DNA of 63,104 bases, filler included, from Octopus bimaculoides (taxonomy: Eukaryota): assembly GCF_001194135.2 (NCBI RefSeq). It is 5 parts of 5 records of this genome, joined end to end, with 100 filler letters (N's around TTAATTAATTAA, not from the genome) between each part and the next. Parts side by side here need not be neighbours in the genome. Positions count along the whole stretch, not along the records: positions 1 to 13,918 come from NW_026326423.1; 4 more parts are not named here. The stretch is one strand, 5' to 3'. Shown here piece by piece: positions 1 through 12,763 of the stretch (its first letter is position 1; every line of letters starts with the position of its first letter). A program made the position numbers and the translations under genes. Under the pieces are notes generated by a model. That model was given only the letters and a program-made list of their open reading frames with translations, had not been told where the DNA came from and searched no databases.

Positions 1-460
1 TGGCATGGGCTGGACGGTTTGACTGAGGACTGGTGAACCAGATGGCTGCACCAGGCTCGAATCTGATCTGGCAAAGTTTCTACAGCTGGATGCCCTTCCT
101 AACACCAACCACTCCGAGAGTGTAGTGTGTTCTTTTATGTGCTACCAGCACGAGGGTCAGCCAGGTGGTTCTGGTAACGACCATACTCAAAAAGTGTTTT
201 TACATGCTACCTGCATGAGAGCCTGTTTGGCAGCACTGGCAATGACCATGCTCGAATGTTGTTTTTCATGTGCCAGTAAGGCAACGCTGGCAACAAAAGC
301 ACTCGAATGTTGTTTTCCCCGTGCCTCCGACACAAGTGCCAGTAAGGCGACATTGGTAATGATCATGCTCAAATGTTTTTCACGTGCCAGTAAGGCGACG
401 CTGGTAACGATCACGCTCAAATGTCGTTTTTCATGTGCCACCGGCACAAGTTCCAGTAAA
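1..460 (-). mobile_element. Interspersed retroposon (family C, CTGGATGCCCTTCCTAA-core family) with internal ~50-bp tandem repeats; runs off the window start
   Basis: Shares ctacagctggatgcccttcctaa..ccaaccactcc with copies at 7925 and 8393; the unit gtgccagtaaggcgacgctggtaacgatcacgctcaaatg..tttttcat recurs about 5-6 times. Confidence 0.75.
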
Positions 461-549
461 TCTCAAAGCTACGACATAATGCATAATTAATTCAAAACAA
501 TCTGATTAGATAAGCATTATATTTAACAATGATATGAATGCAAAAGGGT

Positions 550-915
550 TGAATTATGAGACACCCAAACATCATAGCAACTCATGTATCCAAGTGTTAA
601 ATGTCTTATAATGCTCATATGAGATATCTGGAATATCTCTGTGATGTCTCATGTCATGTGACTCGGATTATTTTTGATCAGCATTTTGATTTGGTCATTA
701 TCAATGTTTGCAGGCCTGCCAGAACATTCATGGTCTTCCAGATCAAATTTTTCACTCCTAAATCTAGCAAACCACATATGAACAGTCCCTATCAACTATG
801 GCACCACCTCCATAAACTGAACATATCTATCTTACTGTTTGTACAACGTTCTTTTAACCATTCTAGAAATAAAACAACATCAAACAATGAAAATGTATCT
901 AATTTTAACTCCAAT
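550..915 (-). mobile_element. Decayed mariner (Mos1/Hsmar-like) transposase, N-terminal double HTH
   Basis: Minus-strand translation with stops/frameshifts: HFHCLMLFYF*NG*KNVVQTVR*ICSVYG..RTVHMWFARFRSEKFDLEDHECSGRPANIDNDQIKMLIKNNP..DITEIFQISHMSIIRHL-TLGY..DVWVSHN, matching the mariner WF..F..G.F.LED..RSGRP and WVPH motifs. Confidence 0.85.
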
Positions 916-1519
916 TTCACTTTTGATTTTAAAAAAGTACAAATACTCTATCCTTACTGTTATCATATAAAAAAACGTGTTGAAATGTCACCTTTCAGAA
1001 AATATATATATGTTGTATGTGTCTGTCATGTAAAAAATGAAATGATGTTTTTAAATGTCACAGTGGTACAAACTTTTGTTCCAGCCCAATACATGGGAGG
1101 TATTGAAATTGTGATGATATTTGGTTGACAACTGATGAGGGACTAAGCTTATCTGTTTCGGTTGGGAATATTTTCTTCCTGTTTTTCTTCAAATTCTTTG
1201 GATTTCCTCCTGTGTCACATTTTCATTNNNNNNNNNNATTTGAAGTCTCTGTCTCTTTTGAATATGAAAATTTAAAAGTTTAAAAACCTTATAATATAAA
1301 TATAAACTGTGAGAACGACCCTTAAGGAATCTAGTTAATGATCTCCTAAGGTAAGTTCTTATGCTATATTGGTAACGGTTGCTACATCCTCTGGGAAAAT
1401 TATTATATATATATATATATATATACACACACAGTTTGTGACAGACCATGCTTTTCTTTTGCTGAGCTCAAATCTCATTTGTGGATCCATGAAAAAGATC
1501 CTCCATCAACTATTCTGCC

Positions 1520-1790
1520 TATATATCTGTGCACACCTTCAATGCCATGTATGCCATAAGGTCTGCAAATCTAACGGAGGCCTCAAAAGACATTTTAAGA
1601 TCCACAAAGATCAGAACTTAATTGCAGCTCTTGGTGGTCCAAATCGAATATGCAATCTATGTGGGTGTCTTTTCAGTACATTGTCTGGTTTAAAAAGCCA
1701 CACCAAACACCATGATAGATCTAACGTGTAGGTACAGGAAGTGGTTAGACTCTACATAAGGAGTAGACAACCACCCATATAAACACATGT
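1520..1790 (+). mobile_element. Two C2H2 zinc fingers, probably the 3' end of a 5'-truncated RTE-type LINE ORF2
   Basis: CHVCHKVCKSNGGLKRHFKIH and CNLCGCLFSTLSGLKSHTKHH, stop at 1731, small stem-loop TCTAC-ATAAGGA-GTAGA, then (CATA)n; same architecture as 52931-53350. Confidence 0.6.
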
Positions 1791-1935
1791 ATACATACAT
1801 GCCTACATACATACATACAGATATACATACATACATGCATGCATACATAAGCACATAAATACATATGCATGCATCTAGACATAAAAACGCATCCATAAAA
1901 CAAACATACAAATCTGCGCATACACTAACACCAAA

Positions 1936-1975
<40 letters not shown>

Positions 1976-2119
1976 ACACACACACACACACACACACACA
2001 TATGCACAAATACCTAGATGATGTTGATAAAAGTTCCAATGAAGGAGCCTTGAATCTATGTTAGAGTCCGGCTCTTTCTCTATGGACAAGAAATACAGAA
2101 ATGAAACTGATTGATAACA

Positions 2120-2153
<34 letters not shown>

Positions 2154-3618
2154 CATACATACAGACATACAGACAGGCAGACAGACAGACAGACAGACAG
2201 ATATACATATATGTGTGTGTGTATATACATGCGTGTATATATATATATGTAAATACACACGTACACAAACATACATACAAGCACATACATATTTTAATTA
2301 ACAAGGGTGGAGCCTCTACATAGCTGCTCAAATTGCCATAAATAGCAGCCAATTTCCCCTCTGCCTCAGTCATGGCAGCTGTCTTTTCACACATCCAGAA
2401 AAAGTGAAGGAAAAAAAAAATGTGAATGATGAGACACGTTTGATGATGTAGTCCTTGGTATACGTTGCCTGGGATAAAGAGAACAGGACAGTCATGGCTG
2501 GAATCCTCTTGATCATAGATCTGCATGGTCAAAAGCTCTCCAGGGACTGAACAGTTTGGACAACAACAACAACAGCAAAAGAATACAAACGAACAGCAAC
2601 AACAACAACAACACCATCAGCAACAGAAGCAGCAACAGCGATTACAACAAAAAAACAATAACAGCAACAACTACTTAACAGTTACAATTATATCTATTTT
2701 AATTAACCATGTTCTCCCTCTCCCTCTCTCTCTCCCTCTTCTCTTCCTTTGTCTGTCTGTCTCTCTCTCTCTCTCTGTATCTCCCTCTCTCTCTCTCTCT
2801 GTCTGTCTCTCTCTTTCTCTCTCTCCTTAGTCACTGAAGGGAAAGCAGCACCTGTAACCTTTTACAAGGTTTGGGGTCTGGCGGTAGGAATGTAGTGGGG
2901 GTTGGAGAGTTATTTTCTCCCTCTCCCCCCCCCTCTCTCTTTCTCTAACCAGGGACCTGTTCCCTGAATAACTTTAACAAACCCAATTCACTTTTCTCCA
3001 CTAAGAGCACTTAATGGCCAGGGGTCAGCACTGGTGGTGCTGCTGTTGCTGCTGGTAGTGGTGATGGTGGCAGTAGTGGTATTTGTATTGGAGATAGTTG
3101 CTCTGGTGATGGTAATTGTGGTGGCGGGGTCGATGTGGTGATGGTGGAAATAGTGACAGTGGTGGAGATGGTGGTGGTGGTGGTGGNNNNNNNNNNNNNN
3201 NNNNNNNNNNNNNNNNNNNNNNNNNNNNNNNNNNNNNNNNNNNNNNNNNNNNNNNNNNNNNNNNNNNNNNNNNNNNNNNNNNNNNNNNNNNNNNNNNNNN
3301 NNNNNNNNNNNNNNNNNNNNNNNNNNNNNNNNNNNNNNNNNNNNNNNNNNNNNNNNNNNNNNNNNNNNNNNNNNNNNNNNNNNNNNNNNNNNNNNNNNNN
3401 NNNNNNNNNNNNNNNNNNNNNNNNNNNNNNNNNNNNNNNNNNNNNNNNNNNNNNNNNNNNNNNNNNNNNNNNNNNNNNNNNNNNNNNNNNNNNNNNNNNN
3501 NNNNNNNNNNNNNNNNNNNNNNNNNNNNNNNNNNNNNNNNNNNNNNNNNNNNNNNNNNNNNNNNNNNNNNNNNNNNNNNNNNNNNNNNNNNNNNNNNNNN
3601 NNNNNNNACAACAACAAC

Positions 3619-3690
<72 letters not shown>

Positions 3691-3691
3691 C

Positions 3692-3900
3692 CTTTCTACT
3701 AAAAGCACAAGGCCTGAAACGGGGGCAGGGGAGTTAGTCGATTACATCAACCCCAATGCATAACTGGTACTTATTTCATCAACTCTGAAAGGAGGAAAGG
3801 CGAAGTTGACCTCAGCGGAATTTGAACTCAGAACGCAAAGACAGGTGAAATACCGCTAAGCATATTGTCCAGCGTGCTAACGATTCTGCCAGCTCACCAA
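3692..3900 (-). mobile_element. tRNA-derived SINE family B
   Basis: Minus strand gagctggcagaatcgttagcacgc (A box) ... ctgagttcaaattccgc (B box); flanked by (AAT)n. Confidence 0.85.
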
Positions 3901-3954
3901 CTTCAGTAATAATAATAATAATAACGATAATAATAATAATAATAATAATAATAA

Positions 3955-4511
3955 ATGCCCGGATGCAGTACCAGGCAATGGCTCTCATGGCTTCTGATCT
4001 TAATTGATTGGAAGTGTTATCATGTACATTGTTTTGTCTTGGTATAAAAGATGGGTTACAGTAAATATTCTGCTCAATACCACAGATTTGCTTGTCAGTT
4101 GTTTGACCTTAACCAGTTGAGCATGTCCCTTGGTGGCTGACGATATGTGCATCTCTGATCATGAGCAGAAGTAATGGGGGAGCATCATAGCCATGTGCTT
4201 AGAGGAATTCTTTGGGGTTTGGATAATTCACCTTTGGAAACATGGGTGTTTCGTTCAACATCCTTAAACGAACCTTATTCAGAGACCTTTTGAGCGGAAT
4301 GGGCTACTCGACCTGAAGAAAATTCTAACTGGGCCCCACCTGCAAGGTCATGCACTGTTTATCCTCATATGAGATCACCATGTCGCGCACATATGGTTGT
4401 GATGCATGTGCCTGGTGTACCCTTATCAGACGGTTAATCATGGTGGGTACATTGGGCTTCGTATATTTGTACCCTATTGTCACTTTGATGGCATGCACTG
4501 CTCTCTCACTC
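3955..4511. repeat. Probable interspersed element bounded by (AAT)n on both sides
   Basis: Starts after the (AAT)n at 3905-3954 and ends in ctctctcactcaataat; no credible ORF; repeat status inferred and not checkable within this window. Confidence 0.4.
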
Positions 4512-4517
4512 AATAAT

Positions 4518-4822
4518 GAAGTTGGAAATAGGAAGAATTTGGTGCATGCGAACAGTAAGGGTCATGTCTATAATAATTGGTGCATTGGGAACAGTAAGGA
4601 AAGATGTAGACAAATGACTGAAGGAGATTGAAATAGAATGGCTGGTAGAGCTCCCGCAAAAAAAGTTTGTCTCTTAGGGATGGCAAGGATTATCAGGAGG
4701 GTTCTAAGCACTTGAAAGACGGCTGAAAACTTGTGGATACCCAAGGTTACAGGTAGTAACCAGCTATCCATATAATTCCTACCCGGAATAAGACCAAACC
4801 TGATCCAAACCAATATAATAAT
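4518..4822 (+). mobile_element. R4/Dong-like non-LTR retrotransposon 3' end (restriction-like endonuclease tail)
   Basis: KLEIGRIWCMRTVRVMSIIIGALGTVRKDVDK*LKEIEIEWLVELPQK-VCLLGMARIIRRVLST*, then 3'UTR ending aatataataat. Confidence 0.8.
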
Positions 4823-4824
4823 GG

Positions 4825-4955
4825 TTTCATATTTTGGCACAAGGCCAGTAATTTTAAGGGAAGGGGTTTAGTTGACACGTTTGACCCCTGTACTTGACAG
4901 GTACTTTATAATTTGTTGACCCTTGAGGGTTGAAAGGTAAAGAGGGCCTCAGCAC
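4825..4955 (-). mobile_element. SINE family B, degraded 3' half
   Basis: ggtttcatattttggcacaaggccag...ggtacttta...gaccc..gagggttgaaagg matches family B tails. Confidence 0.6.
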
Positions 4956-5263
4956 ACACACGTACATTAGGCAGTCTCACACACTACACATATATACACA
5001 CACATCCCCCACCACACACACACACACACTTAAATACACAGAGCTGTTCCACACATGCACACACACGTACTTATTCACTTACACACACACACAAACATAC
5101 ACGCACACGTTAAACTAATTGTGAAAGCTTATAACACTGGAGTTTGCTTTGTGGTCACCCATCTAAGTACAACTGGACTGGAGACATTGCTTAACTTCGG
5201 TAATTGGCTGAGAACCAATGCTTTCAACATGTTATGACCATAATAATAATAATAATAATAATG

Positions 5264-5318
<55 letters not shown>

Positions 5319-6173
5319 TGATTATAAATAAATAAATACATATATAATGTAGTTGTTCTTCTAAGAGTTCTTTTGTGGGGTTTTTTTCTTTGACTAGAGT
5401 TGCCTGTCATACTTGCATAGTCAGGATTTCATTAAACTAGACAGACACTCAATGTTGTATTGAAATCACACACACACANNNNNNNNNNNNNNNNNNNNNN
5501 NNNNNNNNNNNNNNNNNNNNNNNNNNNNNNNNNNNNNNNNNNNNNNNNNNNNNNNNNNNNNNTATATATATATATATATGTATATATACATACATATATA
5601 CATACATACATATATACATACATACATACATATATACATGCATACATACATACATACATATATACATACATATATACATACATATATATATATATAGATA
5701 TATATATATATATATATAAATATATATACATATACATACATTTGTGTATATATATAATATACATTTGTATGTATCTGTGTAGGTATAATGATATATAAAT
5801 ATATATATATTTATATTTGTGTGTCTATCTATATGCATAAGTATGTGTATGTGTGTCTGCAAGTTTTTTCTTGTTATTTTTTTTTATTCTTTTACCAAGT
5901 TTCAGTCATTGGACGAGAGCCATGAGCCATGCTGGGGCAGACATCAAGCTGTGTTGTTGTTGTTGTTATTGTTTCTATCGAACCTAACAAAGAGTTGTTA
6001 GTCTGATGCCGACTTCAACACTCTTGTAAAGTACAAAAAAAAATTCAGCGGACGTTGGGGTGAGAGAAAATAACCCCAGCCTCCTGTATCTGAACACATG
6101 AGACTACTTTGTGTTTTAACATCCCAGTTCTAAACCACTTTAATACAAACACACACACACACACACATATGCT

Positions 6174-6512
6174 GAGATCCCCTTCGGTCATGACTGACCA
6201 TGGGATTGCACCTAGAAAGTTAACCTCCCAGGCACAAGTCCGAGCAAGGTTGTTTTATGAAAGACCAGCGGTCGCCCATGCATACCGGTCTCCCCTCTCC
6301 ATGCCACTAGTGTTATCCAAGGGAAAGGCAAAGGCCGATATAGCTTGGCACCTGTGATGTCGCAACTCATTACTACAGGTGGGTTTAACTGGAGCAACGT
6401 GAAATAAAGTGTCTTGCTCAAGAACACAACACGCAGCCCCGGTCCGGGATTTGAACTCACAACCTCGCGATCGTAAGCTCGACGCTCTAACCACTGAGCC
6501 ATGTGCCTTCAC
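6174..6512 (-). mobile_element. tRNA-derived SINE family D with CORE/V/Meta-like central box
   Basis: Minus strand gtgaaggcacatggctcagtggttagagcg (A box), gagttcaaatccc (B box), gtgttcttgagcaagacactttatttcacgttgctccagt; near-identical copy at 16820. Confidence 0.9.
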
Positions 6513-6560
6513 TACATGCATATATATATAATATATACATGCACACACATGCACACATAG

Positions 6561-6599
<39 letters not shown>

Positions 6600-6714
6600 C
6601 ACACACATACACATATACGAACACACAGAGGGGATAGTACATGCAGTGTTAAAAATCGAAACCATATAATTGATATAGAATACATATAGCATGTATATAT
6701 ATATATATATATAC

Positions 6715-7605
6715 TCTGTTTCTTGGTATACATGGGGTACGTATAGTGTCTATATATGTATCCCTATTTCTAGATACATGTAGTATGTATGACTATCCCT
6801 GTTTCTAGGTAGATGTAGCATGTGTGAATTTAACCTATTTCTTGGTAGATACAGGGTACATAAGTGGAGGTACGTGGCTGAGTGGTTAGGGTGTTGGGCT
6901 CAGTTTCTTAAAATTGTGGTTTCGATTCATGGACCGGGCAACGCATAATGTTCTCGAGCGAAACGCTTCATTTCATGTTGCTCGAGTCACTCAACTGGCA
7001 AAAATGAGTAATCCTGCGATGGATCGGAGTTCCGTCCATGGGGCTGGGGTGGCGGGTGGGGGATATATATGCCACGGAAACCAGGAAACTGATCCAATGA
7101 CCCCACATGACTCAGGAAGGAACTTTATTTTACTTTTGCTATAGGGTACATATAGCATGGATCTATGTACCCAGTTTCTAGGTACATACAGCATGTATGA
7201 ATGTATTCTATTTCTTGGTAAAGATACAGGGTATATATGGAATGTATCTATGTACCCTGTTTCTAGGTACATGTAGCATATATGAATGTATCCTATTTCT
7301 TGGTACATACAGGGTACATAGAGCATGTGTCTATGTACTCTGTTTCTAGGTACATATGCAGCACATATCTATGTACCCTATTTCTAGATACATAAAGCAT
7401 GTATGTACATACCCTGTTTCTACTTCCATACAGAGTACATAGAGCATGTATGTATGTACTCTATTTCTAGATATGTTTGGTGTACAGGAAGCATATTATC
7501 TAAGTGCCATATTTCCATATATAATTCTATATAAATCATTTCATGTAAATTTGTTCCTTATTTCTGGGTACATTGAACAACTATACATGTACCCTGTTTC
7601 TAGCT
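6715..7605. repeat. Degenerate ~40/80-bp minisatellite interrupted by a SINE
   Basis: Recurrent gtaccct(g/a)tttct(a/t)ggtacat and acagggtacatagagcatg units on both sides of 6865-7140. Confidence 0.75.
6865..7140 (+). mobile_element. tRNA-derived SINE family E (D-like head, gatggactggcgtcc 3' part)
   Basis: gtggctgagtggttagggtg..ggtttcgattc..atttcatgttgctc..cctgcgatggatcgg..gccacggaaacc; related copies at 15525 and 19192. Confidence 0.7.
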
Positions 7606-7924
7606 GTCTCTCATTAAAAATAATGATTGATTTTAAAATAAGGTTTATTATTTGTATTCCTTTATACTTATAATGCACATCTTATATTCTGCAGGCGATA
7701 CCACTGATCACTAATTATATATATATAACAATTTAGCTAGATGTTAGATAACCACCTAAGGGATATTAAATATCCGAAGAATTTAATAGAAATAGCTGTA
7801 ATTTATAAGATGTCATTTGTTTGTATAAAATGATTAAATTGAATTGAATTTATCATTTAATGATTAGATTATTTAATTGTTCAATTTATTGCTTTGGTTT
7901 CCATTTCTTATATATATATATATA

Positions 7925-8340
7925 TATCATCATCATCATCATTTAACGTGTTCTCCATACTGGCATGGATTGAATGGTTTGACTGGAGTTGGCCAGCCAA
8001 AGAACTGCCCAGGTTCTATGTCTGTTTTGGCAGGGTTTCTACAGCTGGCTACCCTTCCTAATGCCGACCACTCTACAGAGTATACTGGGTACTTTTTACA
8101 TGGCACTGACATGAGCCCTTTTACGTGGACCAGCCCCTATGCGCCAGCAAGATTAGAATCATTCGGCTGAAGATGGATGCAGGGAACCTCAATTTTACTC
8201 AGCTTGACATGTCTTCTCAAGCACAGCAAATCTGCTCAGAAGACTCAAAAGGTGCCTTGTTATCCTCTCTGTAAGGCCCAACCTATGGAGGTCCTTTCTC
8301 ACCACTTTGTCTCACATCTTCCTGGGTTTACCCCTTCCAC
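7925..8340 (-). mobile_element. Family C retroposon with (CAT)n tail
   Basis: catcatcatttaacgtgttctccatactggcatgg..tttctacagctggctacccttcctaatgcc. Confidence 0.7.
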
Positions 8341-8392
8341 ACAACCCTCCATAATTAGAGATCAGCACTCATATCTATGTATGTATGTGTGT

Positions 8393-8765
8393 ATCATCAT
8401 CATCATCATCATCGTTGTTTAACGTCCGCTTTCCATGCTAGCATGGGTTGGACGATTTGACTGAGGACTGGTAAGCCAGCAGGCTGCACCAGACTCCAAT
8501 CTGATCTGGCAGAGTTTCTACAGCTGGATGCCCTTCCTAACGCCAACCACTCCAAGAGTATAGTGGGTGCTTTTACGTGTCACCCGCACGAAGGCCAGTC
8601 AAGCGGTACTGGCAACGGCCACGCTCAAAATGGTGTTTTTTTTAATGTGCCACCCACACAAGAGCCAGTCCAGGGGCACTGGCAACGATCTCGCTCAAAA
8701 ATCCTTACACATGTCACGGGCACAAGTGCCAGAAAGGCGACGCTGGGTACAGGTGCCATCCCGAT
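8393..8765 (-). mobile_element. Family C retroposon with (CAT)n tail
   Basis: (cat)n cgttgtttaacgtccgctttccatgctagcatgggttggacg..ctacagctggatgcccttcctaacgccaacc; on the minus strand ends in (GAT)n like RTE-mobilised elements. Confidence 0.8.
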
Positions 8766-9098
8766 TTCGCTTGCCCCAGTATGTTCATTATTCCTTTTCC
8801 TGGTTTCAGCCAAAGGCCGGGGGCCATGCTGGAGCACTGCCTTTAAGTGTGTTTGTTTTTTTTATTCTGTACTGTTTTTGGCAAAGAAATAAGTTGGATG
8901 GAACCCCACTTCCTTGTGCATCCCACTGTGATGTGGGTTCATCTGGGGTTTCATATTGAAATTTGTGCTTTTTGAAGATCTCCACATCTACACCTCAGAA
9001 AGGTTGTTTGGCAGAATGCTGAATAGTTGTGGACCCCTGTTACTTCCCTTGAATATTTTTATTTATTTTTTTTATCCCCCTAAACTTGAAGATTACCC

Positions 9099-9139
<41 letters not shown>

Positions 9140-9144
<5 letters not shown>

Positions 9145-9302
9145 GACGGGATTCTTTCGGTTTCCATCTACCAAATCCACTTTCAAGGCTTTGATCGACC
9201 TGGGGCTATAGTAGAAGACACTTGCCCAAGTACTATGCATTGGGACTGAACCCGGAACCATGTGGTTGGGAAGAAACTTTTTACCGCACAGCCATGTCTG
9301 CG
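9140..9302 (-). mobile_element. SINE family A, tRNA-head half
   Basis: gacggg.ttcttt..gtttcc.tctaccaaatccac..gctatagtagaagacacttgcccaag..gggactgaacccggaaccatgtggttgg. Confidence 0.85.
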
Positions 9303-9924
9303 TGCGCGGGCACGCGCACACACACACTCACACATATATATTAATGTAAAGTAAGTATCTATAGTTATAATAGTGTTACCATTATGTCTGTAAATTATTT
9401 AATTTAATTTTTTTTTTATAGAGTTTATATGTCTTTTATAACTGAAATAATACAGGAAAATATACCACATGAAATAGTTTAAATAGTGGTTAGATCGGAG
9501 ATTAACTTGTTGCTAAATCCACTTTGAATTGCACCTTATTATTTACACACAAAAAAAGGTCAAAATAACACATTCCTGGATTATCTCGACCAAAAATTCA
9601 TAGATTACAGATATTTTCAGTACTGTTACTGGGCAAAAAGACAAGTTGATAAGGGAGGGAACTCTCTGTACTTATCTCAGTTATTTCCCTTTGTTTCTTT
9701 TTTTTTTAACTTTTTGGTTTTATTCTCCGATAAGGAACATTTGAAATACGATTTATCAGAATCATTACATCATCAGACGAAACGCTTGCGATATTTCATT
9801 GTATCCCTTCGCGATCCCAGTTCGGATCCCGCAGAAATTATCTTCGGTTTTTATTCTTTTGCATTGAAAAAACTATTGTCTTGTTAATATAATCGACTGT
9901 CCCCAAATGATGATGGTCTTTTCG

Positions 9925-11325
9925 TTTGTTATATTGTGACAAGTCTTTGCTAGGTTATAACGAGTCTTTGCTGAGTTGTGAGGAATCTTTACTATTTTAT
10001 GGTATATCTTGTTTCTGCTGTGATGAATCTTTGCTATGTTATGCCAAGTCTTTGCTATATTATGACGAATTTTGGTTATATTATGACGAATCTTTGCTCT
10101 CTTATGATATGTCTTTGCTCAGTTGTAACGAATCTTTCCTACGTTGTGATTAATCTTCCCTATGTTGTGATGAGTCTTTACTATGTCATGACAAATCTTT
10201 GCTCTGTTGTGACAAGTTATTGGTATGTTATGTTGAGTCTTTTCGATAACTATTTAAAACTATATGACAATGGTACGTCCACACTTAGAATTTGCATCAC
10301 CCATATGGAATCCCTATCTTGCTCAGCCTATAAATCTCCTGGAAACTGTTAAGAAACGTGCAGCAAAGCGAATACTTGCCGTCAGGCATCTACCATACTC
10401 TGAATCCCTTCCTTTCCGTGGTATGGACACACTGAAGCTCAGATGTCTGGCAACTGACATGGTAGATACCCACAAGATATTCCACCATCTTTCCCACAAC
10501 AACCTTGGCACCTTTCTTGAATTCCATATAACAAACACTTGTGGACTTGCTTACAAAATCAGAAAATAACTCATACTTTCGGATACATTTTTTTACACTC
10601 AGAATTGTTGAAGCATGGAATAAACTACGACTAATGACTGCACTTCAGTCGTTAGCTGTCGAGACACTGCATCCTTCAAAATTACCATGCTTCTGGAAAA
10701 TCTGCCAACAGTACACCTGATGGATTTTTTTCAAGCTGTAGTGCACCTGAGCACTGTATATAACATTTTCTTTCATATATTCATATTGTGATGAATCTAT
10801 GCTATTTTATGATGTGTCTTTAGATGGTGATATTCTCAGGTTGAAGCCCTCTAATGATGGCTCTGTTCAGAAGGCTGTAATATGTCATTTGACAAAGAAA
10901 CGCTGTACAAAGAATTCATAGAACAAACTGCAACTTTAAATGCCTTTACTCTCAGGTTCAAATATATACAAATTGAATAACAATGGAAGGAGTTTGATGA
11001 AAGGACCATGTGTAACCGCATGTGCTCGCTACCGCGGGTGTGCAAGAGATAGCTAGGTCATGTCTTTTCTCTCCAGCTTCTTGGTGCGAAAGAGGAAGTG
11101 CCAGAGCTTAGTGTCTGAACCTTCACCATCTAGTGGCCAACTAATTTAAACAGCCACTGTCAGGAGAGATAACTGCACCTATATGTCTTTCCTGTGTTGT
11201 GGTGAATCTTTCTTCTTCTGCGATTAGTCTTCACTATATTGTGACAAGTCTTCACTGTGTTGTGACAAGTCTTTGCTGTGTTGTGATAAGTTTTTGATCT
11301 CTCCTGTGATAAGTCTTTGCTATCT
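9925..11325. repeat. 21-bp minisatellite (approx. tgttgtgacgaatctttgcta) split by a CR1 fragment
   Basis: About 14 units at 9925-10240, further units near 10785-10820 and 11195-11325; 7-aa periodicity CDESLL in the ORF track. Confidence 0.8.
10255..10770 (+). mobile_element. CR1-clade LINE, RT C-terminal fragment
   Basis: MVRPHLEFASPIWNPY..LETVKKRAAKRI..LPYSE..TLKLR..DMVDTHKI, then FFTLRIVEAWNKL: typical CR1 ORF2 end with stops/frameshifts. Confidence 0.85.
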
Positions 11326-11703
11326 TTTACCTTCTATTCTTTTATCTGTGTCAGTCATTAAGTTGTGGCCATGCTGGGGCAACACCCTGAAGAACTTTTA
11401 GCTGAATGAATCAACCTCAATCCTTTTTTTTTGCTAAACCACTAAGTTACAGGGACATAAACACACCAGCATCGGTTGTCAAGCGATATTGGGGGGACAA
11501 ATGCAGACACAAAGACACACACAGACATAGATATATAAACATACACAATGGGCTTCTTTCAGTTTCCGTCTCACAAATCCACTCACAAGTCTTTGATTGG
11601 ATCCAAGGCTATAGTAGAAGACATGAAACCAAAGTGCCATGCAGTGGGACTGAACCCAGAACCTTGAGGTTGGGAAGCAAACTTCTTACCACACAGCCAA
11701 ACC
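11326..11703 (-). mobile_element. SINE family A, full length, diverged
   Basis: Both halves present: aaacacaccagcatcggttgtcaagcgat and gggcttctttcagtttccgtc..ttaccacacagcc. Confidence 0.85.
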
Positions 11704-11710
11704 TCCTATA

Positions 11711-11936
11711 TTACTCTTTTACTCTTTTACTTGTTTCAGTCATTTGACTGCGGCCATGCTGGAGCACCACCTTTAGTCGAGCAAATTAACCCCAGGACTT
11801 ATTCTTTGGATGCCTAGTACTTATTCTATCGGTCTCTTTTTGCCGAACCGCTAAGTTACGGGGACGTAAACACACCACCATCGGTTGTCAAGCGATGTTG
11901 GGGGGGCAAACACAGACACACATACACACAAACATA
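11711..11936 (-). mobile_element. SINE family A, 3' half running into a gap
   Basis: ttactcttttacttgtttcagtcatttgactgcggccatgctggagcacc..gccgaaccgctaagttacggggacgtaaac. Confidence 0.9.
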
Positions 11937-12688
11937 NNNNNNNNNNNNNNNNNNNNNNNNNNNNNNNNNNNNNNNNNNNNNNNNNNNNNNNNNNNNNNNN
12001 NNNNNNNNNNNNNNNNNNNNNNNNNNNNNNNNNNNNNNNNNNNNNNNNNNNNNNNNNNNNNNNNNNNNNNNNNNNNNNNNNNNNNNNNNNNNNNNNNNNN
12101 NNNNNNNNNNNNNNNNNNNNNNNNNNNNNNNNNNNNNNNNNNNNNNNNNNNNNNNNNNNNNNNNNNNNNNNNNNNNNNNNNNNNNNNNNNNNNNNNNNNN
12201 NNNNNNNNNNNNNNNNNNNNNNNNNNNNNNNNNNNNNNNNNNNNNNNNNNNNNNNNNNNNNNNNNNNNNNNNNNNNNNNNNNNNNNNNNNNNNNNNNNNN
12301 NNNNNNNNNNNNNNNNNNNNNNNNNNNNNNNNNNGACAAGTGCCATCGTTATTTCTATAAAACGTCTACTAATTAGAATTAGCCCTCTGTCTCTCCGATC
12401 CACTTTCTGTCCACCCCTCTCTGTCTGTCTCTCTGTCTCTTTGTCTGTCTCTCTGTCTCTTTCTCTCTCCCTGCTTATCTTTCCGTCTCTCTTTCTCTCC
12501 ATCCATTTCTTGCACTCCCAGTTCCTCTCTCTTCACTTCTCTCTTTCTCCTCACATCTCTCTCTCTTTTCACCTCTCTCTCTTTCTCTTCACCTCTCTCT
12601 CTCTTCACCTCTCTCTCTCTTCACCTCTCTCTCTCTCTCCACATCTCTCTCTTCACTTCTCTCTCTCTTCACCTCTATGTCTGTCTGT

Positions 12689-12763
<75 letters not shown>

